Assembly: GCA_027621365.1 (NCBI GenBank)
Contig: JAQCBH010000003.1
Location: 65,737-129,736, forward strand
Direction: 5' to 3'
DNA: 64,000 nucleotides
Origin: Bacteroidota bacterium
GTDB taxonomy: Bacteria; Bacteroidota; Bacteroidia; NS11-12g; UBA955
Shown here: positions 1 through 9,476 of the stretch, in pieces
How the letters are laid out: each line of letters opens with the position of its first letter
How positions within the stretch are numbered: position 1 is the stretch's first letter
Notes under the pieces: generated by a model
Database searches by the model: none
Seen by the model: only the letters and a program-made list of their open reading frames with translations
What the model was told of the DNA's origin: nothing
Position numbers and translations under genes: made by a program

Positions 1-164
1 AGGGCAATGGCGGTATCGCTGCTTTGGTGAGCCACGGCCTTCATGCCTTCGAATATGGATTGACCATAGTGAATGGCACTGGTTGCAGGACTTAGGTTCA
101 AGGGGCCATAGGGAACGATTCGAGCATTGGTCCATTCTCCGTTCTTGTAATCGACCAAAAACAT
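1..164 (-). CDS. ilvE: branched-chain amino acid aminotransferase, N-terminal fragment (continues past window start)
   Basis: Minus-strand ATG (complement of 162-164) opens MFLVDYKNGEWTNARIVPYGPLNLSPATSAIHYGQSIFEGMKAVAHQ..., a typical class IV BCAT N-terminus; absent from ORF track because truncated at the window edge. Confidence 0.55.
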   Translation of the reverse strand, partial: MFLVDYKNGEWTNARIVPYGPLNLSPATSAIHYGQSIFEGMKAVAHQSSDTAIA

Positions 165-290
165 GTGGTCGCTGAATACCTTGCCAAATCCAATGTTTTG
201 AGGGTCAAGTTGAGAAATTCTACTGTTTTCTGTGCGCTCAACCCTAATTTCGAAACTCATTGTATCAAAAATACAAAACGCATTGGGACC

Positions 291-983
291 ATGGCTGAAA
301 AAGGGATGATTGTGGAAAATCCGCTGGAATTGTTACCTCTGTTTGAGGGAATGCAATTGCTGCCGGATGCTTCCCTATTTCCGCCCGAATCGCTGTCCAA
401 AGAGGCCAGCGAGCCCCCTGTTCCCGCAGTGCCAGCACAGGTTCCTGCATCACCTGAGCCGCGGGTTGAAACCCATGCGGGCGACACTCAAGTTGCCGAG
501 CCTGAAGTTGCGGAGTCTCCATCTGCCCCTTCCCAAACTGCCGAGCCACAAGCTGCCGAAACCCTTAGCGCTCAATCTGAATCAGTCGAGCCGGCCCCAG
601 CCGTCGCTGAAACCTGGATCCTGAATGTTTGGGTGGACGAGAGCAAAAAACACTGGCCTGATGAGTTTCGCACTCCCATGACCGCTTTGCTTTCAGCCAT
701 CAAAATGGAGGGTCAAGCCGTTCCAATGGAAAAGGTTCAGGTGCTGAATCCCTTTGTGTTTACCGATCGGCATGGAATCAAAGAATGGGCTTTGACGATC
801 AAGCCCAAGTCCATCCTCATTTGGGCCAATCAAACCAATTTGGACGATGTGCCAGCCGTATTTGAGCAAACGCAGTGGGAGGGAATACCCGTGTATCGAC
901 TTCCGGCTTTCTCCAAAGTCGCAGCCAACGTTGACAACAAGCGCGAGGCTTGGGCCAAACTCAAAGGATTTTACAATTTCTAG
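291..983 (+). CDS. hypothetical protein with Pro/Ala/Glu-rich repetitive linker and conserved C-terminal domain
   Basis: ORF 165..983; first ATG is at 291 (165 is a TTG in the ilvE promoter region). Low-complexity linker of roughly QxAEPxxAE repeats; no family recognised. Confidence 0.4.
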   Translation: MAEKGMIVENPLELLPLFEGMQLLPDASLFPPESLSKEASEPPVPAVPAQVPASPEPRVETHAGDTQVAEPEVAESPSAPSQTAEPQAAETLSAQSESVEPAPAVAETWILNVWVDESKKHWPDEFRTPMTALLSAIKMEGQAVPMEKVQVLNPFVFTDRHGIKEWALTIKPKSILIWANQTNLDDVPAVFEQTQWEGIPVYRLPAFSKVAANVDNKREAWAKLKGFYNF

Positions 984-2272
984 GATCTTGCGGCCAGTTT
1001 TGGGCTATTGACCCGGCGCAGCAAGACCATTCCAATCAGGAAGAAGACCATCAACAATAAAATGCTGTTGCGCATGTCGCCACTGATGTTGTCGATGAGT
1101 CCCCAACACAAGGTTCCCAAGACGATGGCGAGTTTTTCCGCCACCTCGTAGAAACTGAAATAAGAGGTGTTGTCTTTGTCGCCGGGAATCAACTTGGCAT
1201 AGGTCGCCCTGGATAAGCTCTGAACGCCGCCCATCACGGTGCCGACCAAACAAGCCAAGCCAAAGAACTGCATGGGTTTGCGGGGCTCAAGGAAATAAGC
1301 CAATATGCAGACCAATACCCAGATGGCCAATGTGGCCGACAAACTGTAGCGGTTGCCTTTTTTATCAGCCAACCAGGCAAAGAAATAAGCACCGGCAATG
1401 CCAATCAGTTGAATCAACAAGATGGTGATGATCATGTCTTTTGATTCCAATTCCAAGACATTTTTCCCGAACAAGGCAGCTACATAAATGACGGTTTGAA
1501 CTCCCATGGTATAGACAAAGAAGGCGGCCAAATAACGCTGAGTTTGGGGCATTTCCCGCAGGCTTAAAAATACCTGCTTGAGTTCTTGGTAGCCTTTCCA
1601 AATGGGGCTGGACTTGCTGGTTTTGCGGTCTTTTGGTAAAACCCATAGGGGATACAAAGACCATCCCATCCACCAAACACCAACGGTCAGGAAACCGACG
1701 CGAAAGGCCAAGGTGCTTTCTTTGGGGCTGGGCAGCCCAAACCAATCTGATTTCATGATGAACATCAAGTTGAAAATCAAGAGCAGAACACTGCCAATGT
1801 AGCCCATGGTGTATCCGCGGGCAGACAAGCGATCAAAGCGATCAGGACTGGCGATCTCAGGCAAATAGGCGTTGTAAAAGACCAGGGAGGCGCCCCAGCC
1901 AACGGTGGCTAGCATGAAGCAGGCCAAACCGAAGAAGATGTTGCTCCCTTGGAACCAGAACAGCGCTGAGCAGCCCAAACTACCCAAGGCGACAAAGAAG
2001 CGCATGTAGGGCTTTTTTACCCCTCGGCTGTCGGCAATGCCCGACAAGAGAGGCACAATGGCCACAATAATCAAAAAGGCCAAGGACAAGCCATAGCTGT
2101 AAAGGGCCGTGTTTTTGATGGACCAACCCATGATTTCCACGCTTTTGGGTGTGAATTCCTCGTAAAAGGCCGGGAAAATTGCCGAGGCAATCGAAAGGGA
2201 ATAAACGCTGTTGGCCCAATCGTAGAAGGTCCAAGCTTTGAGTACCTTAGGGTTGTTCAATTCTTGCTGCAT
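980..2272 (-). CDS. MFS transporter (UMF1/Atg22-like family)
   Basis: 12-TM MFS-like hydrophobic profile; ORF-track start at 2335 is TTG, first ATG at 2272 gives MQQELNNPKVLKAW... Confidence 0.65.
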   Translation of the reverse strand: MQQELNNPKVLKAWTFYDWANSVYSLSIASAIFPAFYEEFTPKSVEIMGWSIKNTALYSYGLSLAFLIIVAIVPLLSGIADSRGVKKPYMRFFVALGSLGCSALFWFQGSNIFFGLACFMLATVGWGASLVFYNAYLPEIASPDRFDRLSARGYTMGYIGSVLLLIFNLMFIMKSDWFGLPSPKESTLAFRVGFLTVGVWWMGWSLYPLWVLPKDRKTSKSSPIWKGYQELKQVFLSLREMPQTQRYLAAFFVYTMGVQTVIYVAALFGKNVLELESKDMIITILLIQLIGIAGAYFFAWLADKKGNRYSLSATLAIWVLVCILAYFLEPRKPMQFFGLACLVGTVMGGVQSLSRATYAKLIPGDKDNTSYFSFYEVAEKLAIVLGTLCWGLIDNISGDMRNSILLLMVFFLIGMVLLRRVNSPKLAARS

Positions 2273-2422
2273 CGCAGTCTGCAATATAGCAAGAACGGGG
2301 AATTGGAGGCAGCGCTCGTTCGAATTTTCAGGCAATTGGAAACGGATAAGGCTGAGCGCCTGCTTGGAGGCAGAGCCCCAAGGAATTTCTAGGCGGTAGA
2401 GATTTTCACCCCAATCGGGCTA

Positions 2423-3676
2423 TCAATGGTCTTGGTATTTCAAGCTGTCCAAGTGGTTCCACTCGGCTTCGGCCATCTCTCGGGTGATTTCGAGACTCTT
2501 CTTCTTTTTGGATTCAGAGGGGATTTCAAACATGTATCGCTTCAAAATGGTTTCGCAGATGCCGCGAAGACCACGAGCTCCCAAGCTGTTGTTGTAAGCC
2601 AATTCTACAATGAAGTCGATTGCTTCAGGGTTGAATGACAAGGCTACACCTTCCAAATTGAACAGGTACTGGTATTGCTTCATCAGGGCGTTTTTGGGCT
2701 CGGTTAAAATGCGGCTCAATGCCTCTTTATCCAAGGGAATCAATGCGGCGATGATGGGCAAACGGCCAATCAATTCAGGTATCAAACCAAAATTCTTCAA
2801 ATCAGCGGGAGTGGTCTGCAGGAGCAACTTGGCCTCGTCAATTTTGCGGTTCGAGCTGCTTTTGAAACCAACAGCTGAGTTGACCATTCGGCGACTTACT
2901 ACCTTTTCGATTCCGTCAAAGGCTCCACCGCAGATGAACAAAATGTTCGAGGTATCGATCTTGATGTATTTTTGGTCGGGGTGTTTGCGTCCCCCTTCAG
3001 GAGCCACGTTGGCCACGGTGCCTTCCAATATCTTCAACAAAGCCTGTTGAACGCCTTCTCCGCTCACATCTCGGGTGATCGAGGGGTTGTCACTCTTGCG
3101 GCTGATCTTGTCAATCTCATCGATGTAAATGATGCCCTTTTCAGCCAGTTCCGGTTTGTAGCCTGAAACTTGGAGCAAGCGGCTCAGTATGCTTTCCACG
3201 TCTTCGCCTACATAGCCTGCTTCGGTCAGAACCGTGGCATCGGCGATGCAGAATGGAACATTCAGGAATTTCGCCAGGGTGCGGGCCAAATAGGTTTTAC
3301 CGGTTCCAGTTTCTCCAATCAACAAGACGTTGCTCTTCTCCACTTCGATTTCGCTGCGGTCTTGTTGAGCCGTGCGTTTGTAGTGGTTGTAAACGGCAAC
3401 AGCCAAGGTTCTTTTGGCTTCGTCTTGCCCGATGACATACTGGTCCAAATGCTCTTTGATCTCCAGCGGAGTAGGGAGCTTTTGGGGTTCGTCTAGGTTG
3501 ATGGGGTCTCCCGTTTCTACCTTTTTGTCCATGCCTAGTTCTTTTCGAACGATGGTATGGGCCTGTTCGGCGCAGTTTTCACAAATGTGCCCCTCGACGC
3601 CCGAAATGAGCATCACCGTTTCACTTTTTTTGCGCCCGCAAAAGGAGCAAACAGGTTCTTTGGTCTTGGCCGACAT
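2423..3676 (-). CDS. clpX: ATP-dependent Clp protease ATP-binding subunit ClpX
   Basis: N-terminal C4 zinc finger (CSFCGRKK...CENC), Walker A GETGTGKT, ClpX-specific regions; conserved tig-clpP-clpX order. Confidence 0.95.
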   Translation of the reverse strand: MSAKTKEPVCSFCGRKKSETVMLISGVEGHICENCAEQAHTIVRKELGMDKKVETGDPINLDEPQKLPTPLEIKEHLDQYVIGQDEAKRTLAVAVYNHYKRTAQQDRSEIEVEKSNVLLIGETGTGKTYLARTLAKFLNVPFCIADATVLTEAGYVGEDVESILSRLLQVSGYKPELAEKGIIYIDEIDKISRKSDNPSITRDVSGEGVQQALLKILEGTVANVAPEGGRKHPDQKYIKIDTSNILFICGGAFDGIEKVVSRRMVNSAVGFKSSSNRKIDEAKLLLQTTPADLKNFGLIPELIGRLPIIAALIPLDKEALSRILTEPKNALMKQYQYLFNLEGVALSFNPEAIDFIVELAYNNSLGARGLRGICETILKRYMFEIPSESKKKKSLEITREMAEAEWNHLDSLKYQDH

Positions 3677-3678
3677 GG

Positions 3679-4368
3679 TTATTTGCGGTGGCCGAGCACC
3701 TCGTCAATCATGCCGTAAGCCTTGGCTTCTTCAGCCGTCATCCAGTAATCGCGATCTGAGTCTTTTTCAACCTTGTCGTAATCCTGGCCGCTGTGCTTGG
3801 CGATGATGTCGTACAGCTCTTTCTTCAACTTGGAAATCTCCTTGTAGGTAATTTCGATGTCGCTAGCTTGACCTTGAGCACCACCCAAAGGTTGGTGAAT
3901 CATGATGCGAGAGTGGGGAAGGGCTGTGCGCTTTCCGGCATGACCAGCACACATCAACACGGCGCCCATGCTCGCCGCCATTCCTGTGCAGATGGTGGCC
4001 ACATCAGAAGAGATGTACTGCATGGTGTCGTAGATAGCCAATCCGGCATACACACTACCACCTGGACTGTTGATGTAAATCTGAATGTCGCGGTTGGCAT
4101 TCGTGCTTTCCAAGAATAGCAATTGACCCATGATGATGTTGGCTACATCTTCATAAATGGGGACTCCCAAGAAAATGATGCGGTCCATCATCAAACGGGA
4201 GAAGATATCCATCGCAACGGCATTCATTTGGCGCTCCTCAATGATGTTGGGCGTCAAATTGTAAAAACCGGGGGCTTGCGCGGTCAATTTTTGGAATTCA
4301 TCCAAACGCAGGCTGGAAATGCCCAGGTGTTTGGTGGCGTATTTGGCAAATTCTTTTCCGTAATCCAT
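3679..4368 (-). CDS. clpP: ATP-dependent Clp protease proteolytic subunit ClpP
   Basis: Ser-His-Asp peptidase S14 signature ([17 protein letters not shown]); immediately upstream of clpX. Confidence 0.95.
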   Translation of the reverse strand: MDYGKEFAKYATKHLGISSLRLDEFQKLTAQAPGFYNLTPNIIEERQMNAVAMDIFSRLMMDRIIFLGVPIYEDVANIIMGQLLFLESTNANRDIQIYINSPGGSVYAGLAIYDTMQYISSDVATICTGMAASMGAVLMCAGHAGKRTALPHSRIMIHQPLGGAQGQASDIEITYKEISKLKKELYDIIAKHSGQDYDKVEKDSDRDYWMTAEEAKAYGMIDEVLGHRK

Positions 4369-4398
4369 ATTAGCTAAACAAATGTAAGCGAGAAAGGA

Positions 4399-5787
4399 TT
4401 ATTCGCCGTGCTCGTGTTTGTGTTTGTTGACGTGTTCGAAGTATTTCTCGACACTGATCTTTTTGCTTTTGAAGCTGATCAAGGTTTTGACATGATCGTA
4501 GGCCTTGCGATAAACCACGCGATCAGCCATCTGGCTAACGAATTCGCGGTCTGACATGCGCTTCTGAACGGTTTCGGTCAAGAAGGCATCACCCAAATCG
4601 ATGTTCATGCCGTACTGGCGGTACATGCCGGCGTAGTACACCTTGGCTTCTTCCATGATGTCTTCGGCGCTGGCTTCGATTTTGGAATCGGCCGCAATTT
4701 TGTCAATCACCAAGCGACGCTGCAAAGCGCTGCGCTCTTCGGCGTACTTTTCGTCGATGTTCTCCTGGTTGTAATCGTCGGGCTTGTTGGCCATCAACCA
4801 GCGCTTCAAAAACTCATCAGGAAGGGCCAAGTCGTGCTTAGAAAGCAACAAATGACCGATCTCGTGATCGATCCACAAATCAGCTTCGTTGGCGTAATAG
4901 CGCTCCAAATTCAATTTGATGCGCTCGCGGTACTCAGCTTCTGTCTTGGGATAATCTTCCCCTCCGAACATCTGCTTGAAGTACTCTTCGTTCAATTCAG
5001 CCAAGGTGCGGCGCTTGATTTCGCTCACGGTGCCTTGGAATTTGGCGTTCAAATCAGCCAAGCCTTCTTTGGGAAGACCCAAGCTGCTGGAAATGACGGT
5101 TTCATTGTCGTTGAACAACGCTTTCAAGTCAACCGTAACGGTATCTCCGACCTTCAAGCCGATCAAAGCTTTCTTGGTCTTGGCGTCGGTGATCATTTCA
5201 GGCACCACGCTTACGGGTTTGTTTTCTACACCGCCTTCCAAAGGAGATTTTCCTTTTTCGTCCAATTCGGTCAGATTCATGTAGACCACGTCGGCTTCAG
5301 CAGAAACCTCGGTGTCTTCCATTCCACCTTGACGCTGACGAGCGTATTCGATGTCTTTGTCGATTTCGGCGTCGCCTACTTCGATTTCGAATTTGTCCAA
5401 TTTGTCTTTGCTGCTCACATTCAATTCGAATTGAGGAGCCAAGCCCAAATCAAAAGCGAAGCGAAAATCGGTTTTGTTCTCAATGTCTATGTCGCTCTCC
5501 ATGCGGGTGCTGGAGATGGGGTATCCCAAAATGTCCAGGTTTTCCTTTTGAACATAATCGTTCATGGTGTCGCTGGCGATGGTTTGTAAAACATCGGCCA
5601 GTACGGCCTTGCCATACAATTTGTTGATCATGCCAACGGGGGCTTTTCCTGGGCGGAAACCTTTGACATTGGCGGTGCGCTGCAAGCGCTTCATCTCAGA
5701 TTGTACCTTTTCTTGGTAATCTTCGGGAGTCAAATCAATGGTGACGCTAGCATTCAGGGCGTCATGGGAGTGCAATTGAACGTTCAT
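4399..5787 (-). CDS. tig: trigger factor
   Basis: Trigger-factor N-terminal ribosome-binding, PPIase and C-terminal regions; ORF-track N-terminus over-extended into the tRNA, so start set to ATG at 5787 (MNVQLHSHD...). Confidence 0.9.
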   Translation of the reverse strand: MNVQLHSHDALNASVTIDLTPEDYQEKVQSEMKRLQRTANVKGFRPGKAPVGMINKLYGKAVLADVLQTIASDTMNDYVQKENLDILGYPISSTRMESDIDIENKTDFRFAFDLGLAPQFELNVSSKDKLDKFEIEVGDAEIDKDIEYARQRQGGMEDTEVSAEADVVYMNLTELDEKGKSPLEGGVENKPVSVVPEMITDAKTKKALIGLKVGDTVTVDLKALFNDNETVISSSLGLPKEGLADLNAKFQGTVSEIKRRTLAELNEEYFKQMFGGEDYPKTEAEYRERIKLNLERYYANEADLWIDHEIGHLLLSKHDLALPDEFLKRWLMANKPDDYNQENIDEKYAEERSALQRRLVIDKIAADSKIEASAEDIMEEAKVYYAGMYRQYGMNIDLGDAFLTETVQKRMSDREFVSQMADRVVYRKAYDHVKTLISFKSKKISVEKYFEHVNKHKHEHGE

Positions 5788-5831
5788 CGGTGTAATAAAA
5801 ACGAAGCCTGCTTGAAACAGGCTATCGCAAT

Positions 5832-5916
5832 TGGTGCACGCGGAGGGACTCGAACCCACACGCCTCACGGCGCCAGATCCTAAGTCTGGTGCGGCTACCA
5901 ATTACGCCACGCGTGC
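5832..5916 (-). tRNA. tRNA-Leu (anticodon TAG), type II with long variable arm
   Basis: Manual fold of GCACGCGTGGCGTAATTGGTAGCCGCACCAGACTTAGGATCTGGCGCCGTGAGGCGTGTGGGTTCGAGTCCCTCCGCGTGCACCA: 7-bp acceptor, anticodon loop CTTAGGA, T-loop TTCGAGT, encoded CCA. Confidence 0.85.
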
Positions 5917-6003
5917 AGAAGGATCTTGTTGCATCTACTCCGGTTCATAAGTACCGGCGAAAACGCGGGTGCAAAGGTACTTCTACAGGAGCATCCGTGC
6001 AAC

Positions 6004-8301
6004 TTAAAACAAGTGAGTTTCGGTTTGGTAAATCTTACCCGACTTCAATTTGACTTTGATGCGCACAATGTCGCCGGCTTTGAGTTCCTGTTTTTGCTTG
6101 CCGTGGTTGATGACCAGGGCGTTCATGGGAAGGAAACTGTTCTCAACCAAGGTGATGTGAGCATCCAATTTGCCATAGGATTCGGTGCTGATTTCCACTT
6201 GAGCATCGGCCAGTGATTCGGTGCTGGAGAAGGACCAGGTTTCAAATGCCAACATGGCGGGAGCATAACCGTTGGGAGGCCAGCTAACAAAACGATTTTG
6301 GTACGCCAAGCTATCCATCCAAACTTCACCGTCGTCTACCACCCAAAAGACGCTGTTGTTTTCAGCGGCCCCGAACCCAAATGTGTAGCTTGATGGGTTC
6401 ATGAGCATTTGACGGTTGAACAATTCTTCACTCTTGTTGTCTTCGAAAAAGACGGTTGCGGCGATGGCGGGATTGGGTTCCATGATGGCATGGCCCATGG
6501 CGGCTGCATAGGCGGCCTCCTCGGTATAGCAACCGTGTGTTTCCGGGGTGGGTTCCCGGGTAAACATGCCTACCGGAGCAAACAGAATGGCGGCTTCCTG
6601 ACAGGCATCACCTTTTATTGTTGAATAAGAAATGGGAGCCAGAATACCCGCATTTTGACGGAAGTAGTTCATTCTCGCTTCTACACGTTGAATGGTGCTG
6701 TCGGGCATGTGTCCTGCAATGCAATGTTTGCTGTATCCGTCCCATCCCGTTTGGGGAGTCTTGATGCCGTTCACCACTTCGTAGCCAATTTTGCTGCCCT
6801 TGTAGCGAATCTCAAAGTCTTGTTTGGCCAAACGCTCATGCAACTTTTGAATGTCTGCAGGATAGCCATACTGTCTTTGCAATCGCTGCATATAGGTCCA
6901 TGAGGCTAGCATTCTTCCATCTTTGATGGCACTGTCACATGCGGCCATCAGCAGAGTGCGTTGAAGAGGCTTCAAAGTTTTGTCTTTGGGGAAGTCGCGC
7001 ATCAAACTGTCGCTCATGGCGATGAGCTGGCTCCATTCGTAGGCTTTGATCGGCCCTTTGCGGTATTGATCAAACAAAGTTTTTCGGTAGCCCTTGAACA
7101 CCTTGTTCGCTGGGTAGGAGCGGGTAGCATGATCGAGTAGGAATACAATCAAGCGACGTGAAATTTGCGCCGGCGGATTTTTCAACAAGACCTCCAAGCC
7201 CTTTTCGTTGATGGCTGGACTTTTGAATTGAAGAGGGTACCATTTGTAAAAGAAATACACGGTGGCGGCTTTGTTGTTGCTGCCCAAATAGTATTGCAAG
7301 CATTGACCCAAAAAGGCTAGAGAGTCAGATTTGAGAAAGGGGTCAGATTCGTTTCGGACTCCAGCCTCCACCAAAACCTGTTTTTGCATGTAAAACTCCA
7401 TGAACACGGTATCTGCCAATGCGTGGTCACCTCGGTTGGCTACATAGCCCATTTTGTTGATGTAATAAGAGTTCTGGTAGCTCAGGAAATTGGAATCGGA
7501 AGGGAAAATTTCCAGCGCGCGAATCACGTTTTCCAAGAACAAACTACCGATTCCAGATCGGCTTCGAGCCGCTTGGATGTTGGTTTCCAAGTATCCGTGT
7601 TCCAATGCGAGAAGTTTGCGGTTTTGGGGGTAGACCGCGAGGCCCATTTCGGCATAATACTGAGCGCTGTCATACTGTTTTTTCTGATCGTAGTACTCGG
7701 CCAAGATCTCAAAGGCTTCTCGCACATAGGTGTTGCCGTGAAGACCAGAGGCGCTGGCGCCGTAGTTCCAAAGGGCGCATTGTTTCAAGGCTCCCAATCC
7801 CTCTCTGGTTTTTTCGCTCAGGTGGTAACACACGCCCATCATGCCTAAAGCGAAGGTGTCATTCGACAGGTCGTAACTGTTTCGGTACATCTGTATGGCC
7901 CGGGAATAGCGGCCTTGGCCATAGTTGGCCATGGCTTCTACGTTGTTTTCAGTGGCGATTTTGGAGAAAACCTCGCTGTAGTCTGATTTGTAATCGCCAA
8001 ATTCATCTCGGGCTTGAGCCTTGATGGCACTTTTGACCGATTCTCTCAAGTAAGAGGCCAATTCGGCGTCATCGCCTCGGTTCTCCCACAAATGGTATTC
8101 GCTTGCGGCCTTGATGTACCAGAGTTCAATCAGGCTTTTGTCCTTCTCCAATCCTTTGGTGCACAGCTTCAATGCTTTGCCTGCATCCCCGCTTTGCAAG
8201 GCGGCTTTGGCTTTGAATACCGTGGCCGATTGAGCCATCGATTGAATGGGAAAAAGAGAACTTACGAAGAGAGCCAGTGCGGCCAATGTGCTATTGCGCA
8301 T
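6004..8301 (-). CDS. secreted TPR-repeat protein with possible C-terminal transglutaminase-like cysteine peptidase core
   Basis: Signal peptide (MRNSTLAALALFVSSLFPIQSMAQS), TPR-like helical repeats, C-terminal GDACQEAAILF motif resembling a transglutaminase-core Cys; domain call is tentative. Confidence 0.45.
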   Translation of the reverse strand: MRNSTLAALALFVSSLFPIQSMAQSATVFKAKAALQSGDAGKALKLCTKGLEKDKSLIELWYIKAASEYHLWENRGDDAELASYLRESVKSAIKAQARDEFGDYKSDYSEVFSKIATENNVEAMANYGQGRYSRAIQMYRNSYDLSNDTFALGMMGVCYHLSEKTREGLGALKQCALWNYGASASGLHGNTYVREAFEILAEYYDQKKQYDSAQYYAEMGLAVYPQNRKLLALEHGYLETNIQAARSRSGIGSLFLENVIRALEIFPSDSNFLSYQNSYYINKMGYVANRGDHALADTVFMEFYMQKQVLVEAGVRNESDPFLKSDSLAFLGQCLQYYLGSNNKAATVYFFYKWYPLQFKSPAINEKGLEVLLKNPPAQISRRLIVFLLDHATRSYPANKVFKGYRKTLFDQYRKGPIKAYEWSQLIAMSDSLMRDFPKDKTLKPLQRTLLMAACDSAIKDGRMLASWTYMQRLQRQYGYPADIQKLHERLAKQDFEIRYKGSKIGYEVVNGIKTPQTGWDGYSKHCIAGHMPDSTIQRVEARMNYFRQNAGILAPISYSTIKGDACQEAAILFAPVGMFTREPTPETHGCYTEEAAYAAAMGHAIMEPNPAIAATVFFEDNKSEELFNRQMLMNPSSYTFGFGAAENNSVFWVVDDGEVWMDSLAYQNRFVSWPPNGYAPAMLAFETWSFSSTESLADAQVEISTESYGKLDAHITLVENSFLPMNALVINHGKQKQELKAGDIVRIKVKLKSGKIYQTETHLF

Positions 8302-8360
8302 GTTGCAAATTACAAAACCCGCTGAAAAAGAGGGCCTTTCGTGAGAAACAGGTGCAAAAC

Positions 8361-9401
8361 TTAACGCAGCAGGGTGAAATCACCCTTTATGACCTTTCGG
8401 TAGTTGTCGTTGCCAATGAGCTCCAACAATACGATGTAAATCCCTTCCTGAGCCGGTTTGCCGTTGGCGTAGCCGTCCCATCCGTCGCCAAAGGTTTGGG
8501 TTTCAAATACCTTTTCACCCCAGCGGTTGTAAATGCGCATGTGCATTTCCTTGAAGCCTTCCAAGTAGGGGCTGTATTGGTCGTTGCGGTTGTTGGCATC
8601 GGGGCTAAAAGCGGTGGGTAGCCATGCAAGTGGAGGGCAGGAGTCAATCAGGTTGACTTCATCGCTGCGCATGCAGCCGTCGGGGCTGGTGACCTCCACT
8701 TTGTAGGTGCCGGCTATATTGGCCGTCAAACTGGAAGTGGTTTCACCGTTGGGGAGCCATCGGTAGCGATAGCCGGGCACGGATCCTGCGTCGAAGGTGA
8801 CCAAAACGTTTCGGCAAACGAAGCGGTCTTTGCCCAAATCAACCTGGGGGATTTCTCCCATTTTGATGCTGGCTGTTTGGCTGCTGTTGCCGCAAACGCT
8901 GTATACCTTCACCGAATAGGTGCCGGGTTTGTTGATGTTCAAACTAGGTGCTGTCGTGTCACTGGGGTTAAGGTTGACATCGGGACTTGTCCAGTGGTAG
9001 CGGTAGCCTCGGTAGAGGTTTCCGGCCCGAAGCGTCATTTGGGTGGGGCTGCTGCAAAAGGCAGAATCTTTGAGCGGTATGGGGTCAAACAGGTTGTAAA
9101 TAACCAAGACATAGATGCCTTTGGTCGATTTGGAACCGTCGCTGAAGGTAGACTCACATTCGGTGTAGAAGAGCCCCGTATCAGGGTAGTTGATGTTCTG
9201 GGGCTCACGGGCTGTACTGCTGTTGGGTGTGGCTCCGTTGAATGTCCATTTCCATGCGACGGAGGGCAAGCTTCCAGGCTCGTTGAACTCCTTGTAATTG
9301 ATGCTGCTTCCCTTGCAAATCGTCAGGGATGGGGTTTGGGCTCCCACTTGTTGGGGCAGTATACAAAGGAGCAAGCTTAAGATCCACGCAAGGTGCTTCA
9401 T
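8361..9401 (-). CDS. T9SS type B (gliding-motility-associated) C-terminal sorting domain protein with beta-sandwich repeats
   Basis: Signal peptide; C-terminal ~85 aa (FSPDANNRNDQY...NRWGEKVFE...GWDGYANGKPAQEGIYIVLLELIG...) matches the CHU_C / type-B T9SS sorting domain. Confidence 0.75.
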   Translation of the reverse strand: MKHLAWILSLLLCILPQQVGAQTPSLTICKGSSINYKEFNEPGSLPSVAWKWTFNGATPNSSTAREPQNINYPDTGLFYTECESTFSDGSKSTKGIYVLVIYNLFDPIPLKDSAFCSSPTQMTLRAGNLYRGYRYHWTSPDVNLNPSDTTAPSLNINKPGTYSVKVYSVCGNSSQTASIKMGEIPQVDLGKDRFVCRNVLVTFDAGSVPGYRYRWLPNGETTSSLTANIAGTYKVEVTSPDGCMRSDEVNLIDSCPPLAWLPTAFSPDANNRNDQYSPYLEGFKEMHMRIYNRWGEKVFETQTFGDGWDGYANGKPAQEGIYIVLLELIGNDNYRKVIKGDFTLLR

Positions 9402-9476
9402 GCTGCAAAATTAGTTCGTGGCCTTGATGCTTGATTTCACGGCAATGTCATTCGTTCAACTCAGTAGACAAGACTC

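Noticed and set aside
4834-5589. 251-aa ORF on the + strand
   Set aside because: Fully antisense to the well-supported trigger factor gene, with no recognisable motifs; long antisense ORFs are expected at about 50% GC
5790-5901. N-terminal extension of the trigger factor ORF
   Set aside because: Runs through tRNA-Leu; same over-extension pattern corrected for dinB (10982 to 10670), rnhB (11586 to 11418), photolyase (18102 to 18054), mutS, gatB, rplS, rpmB, porP and the MFS gene. The ORF track uses TTG/GTG starts, so ATG starts were preferred where a sensible N-terminus resulted
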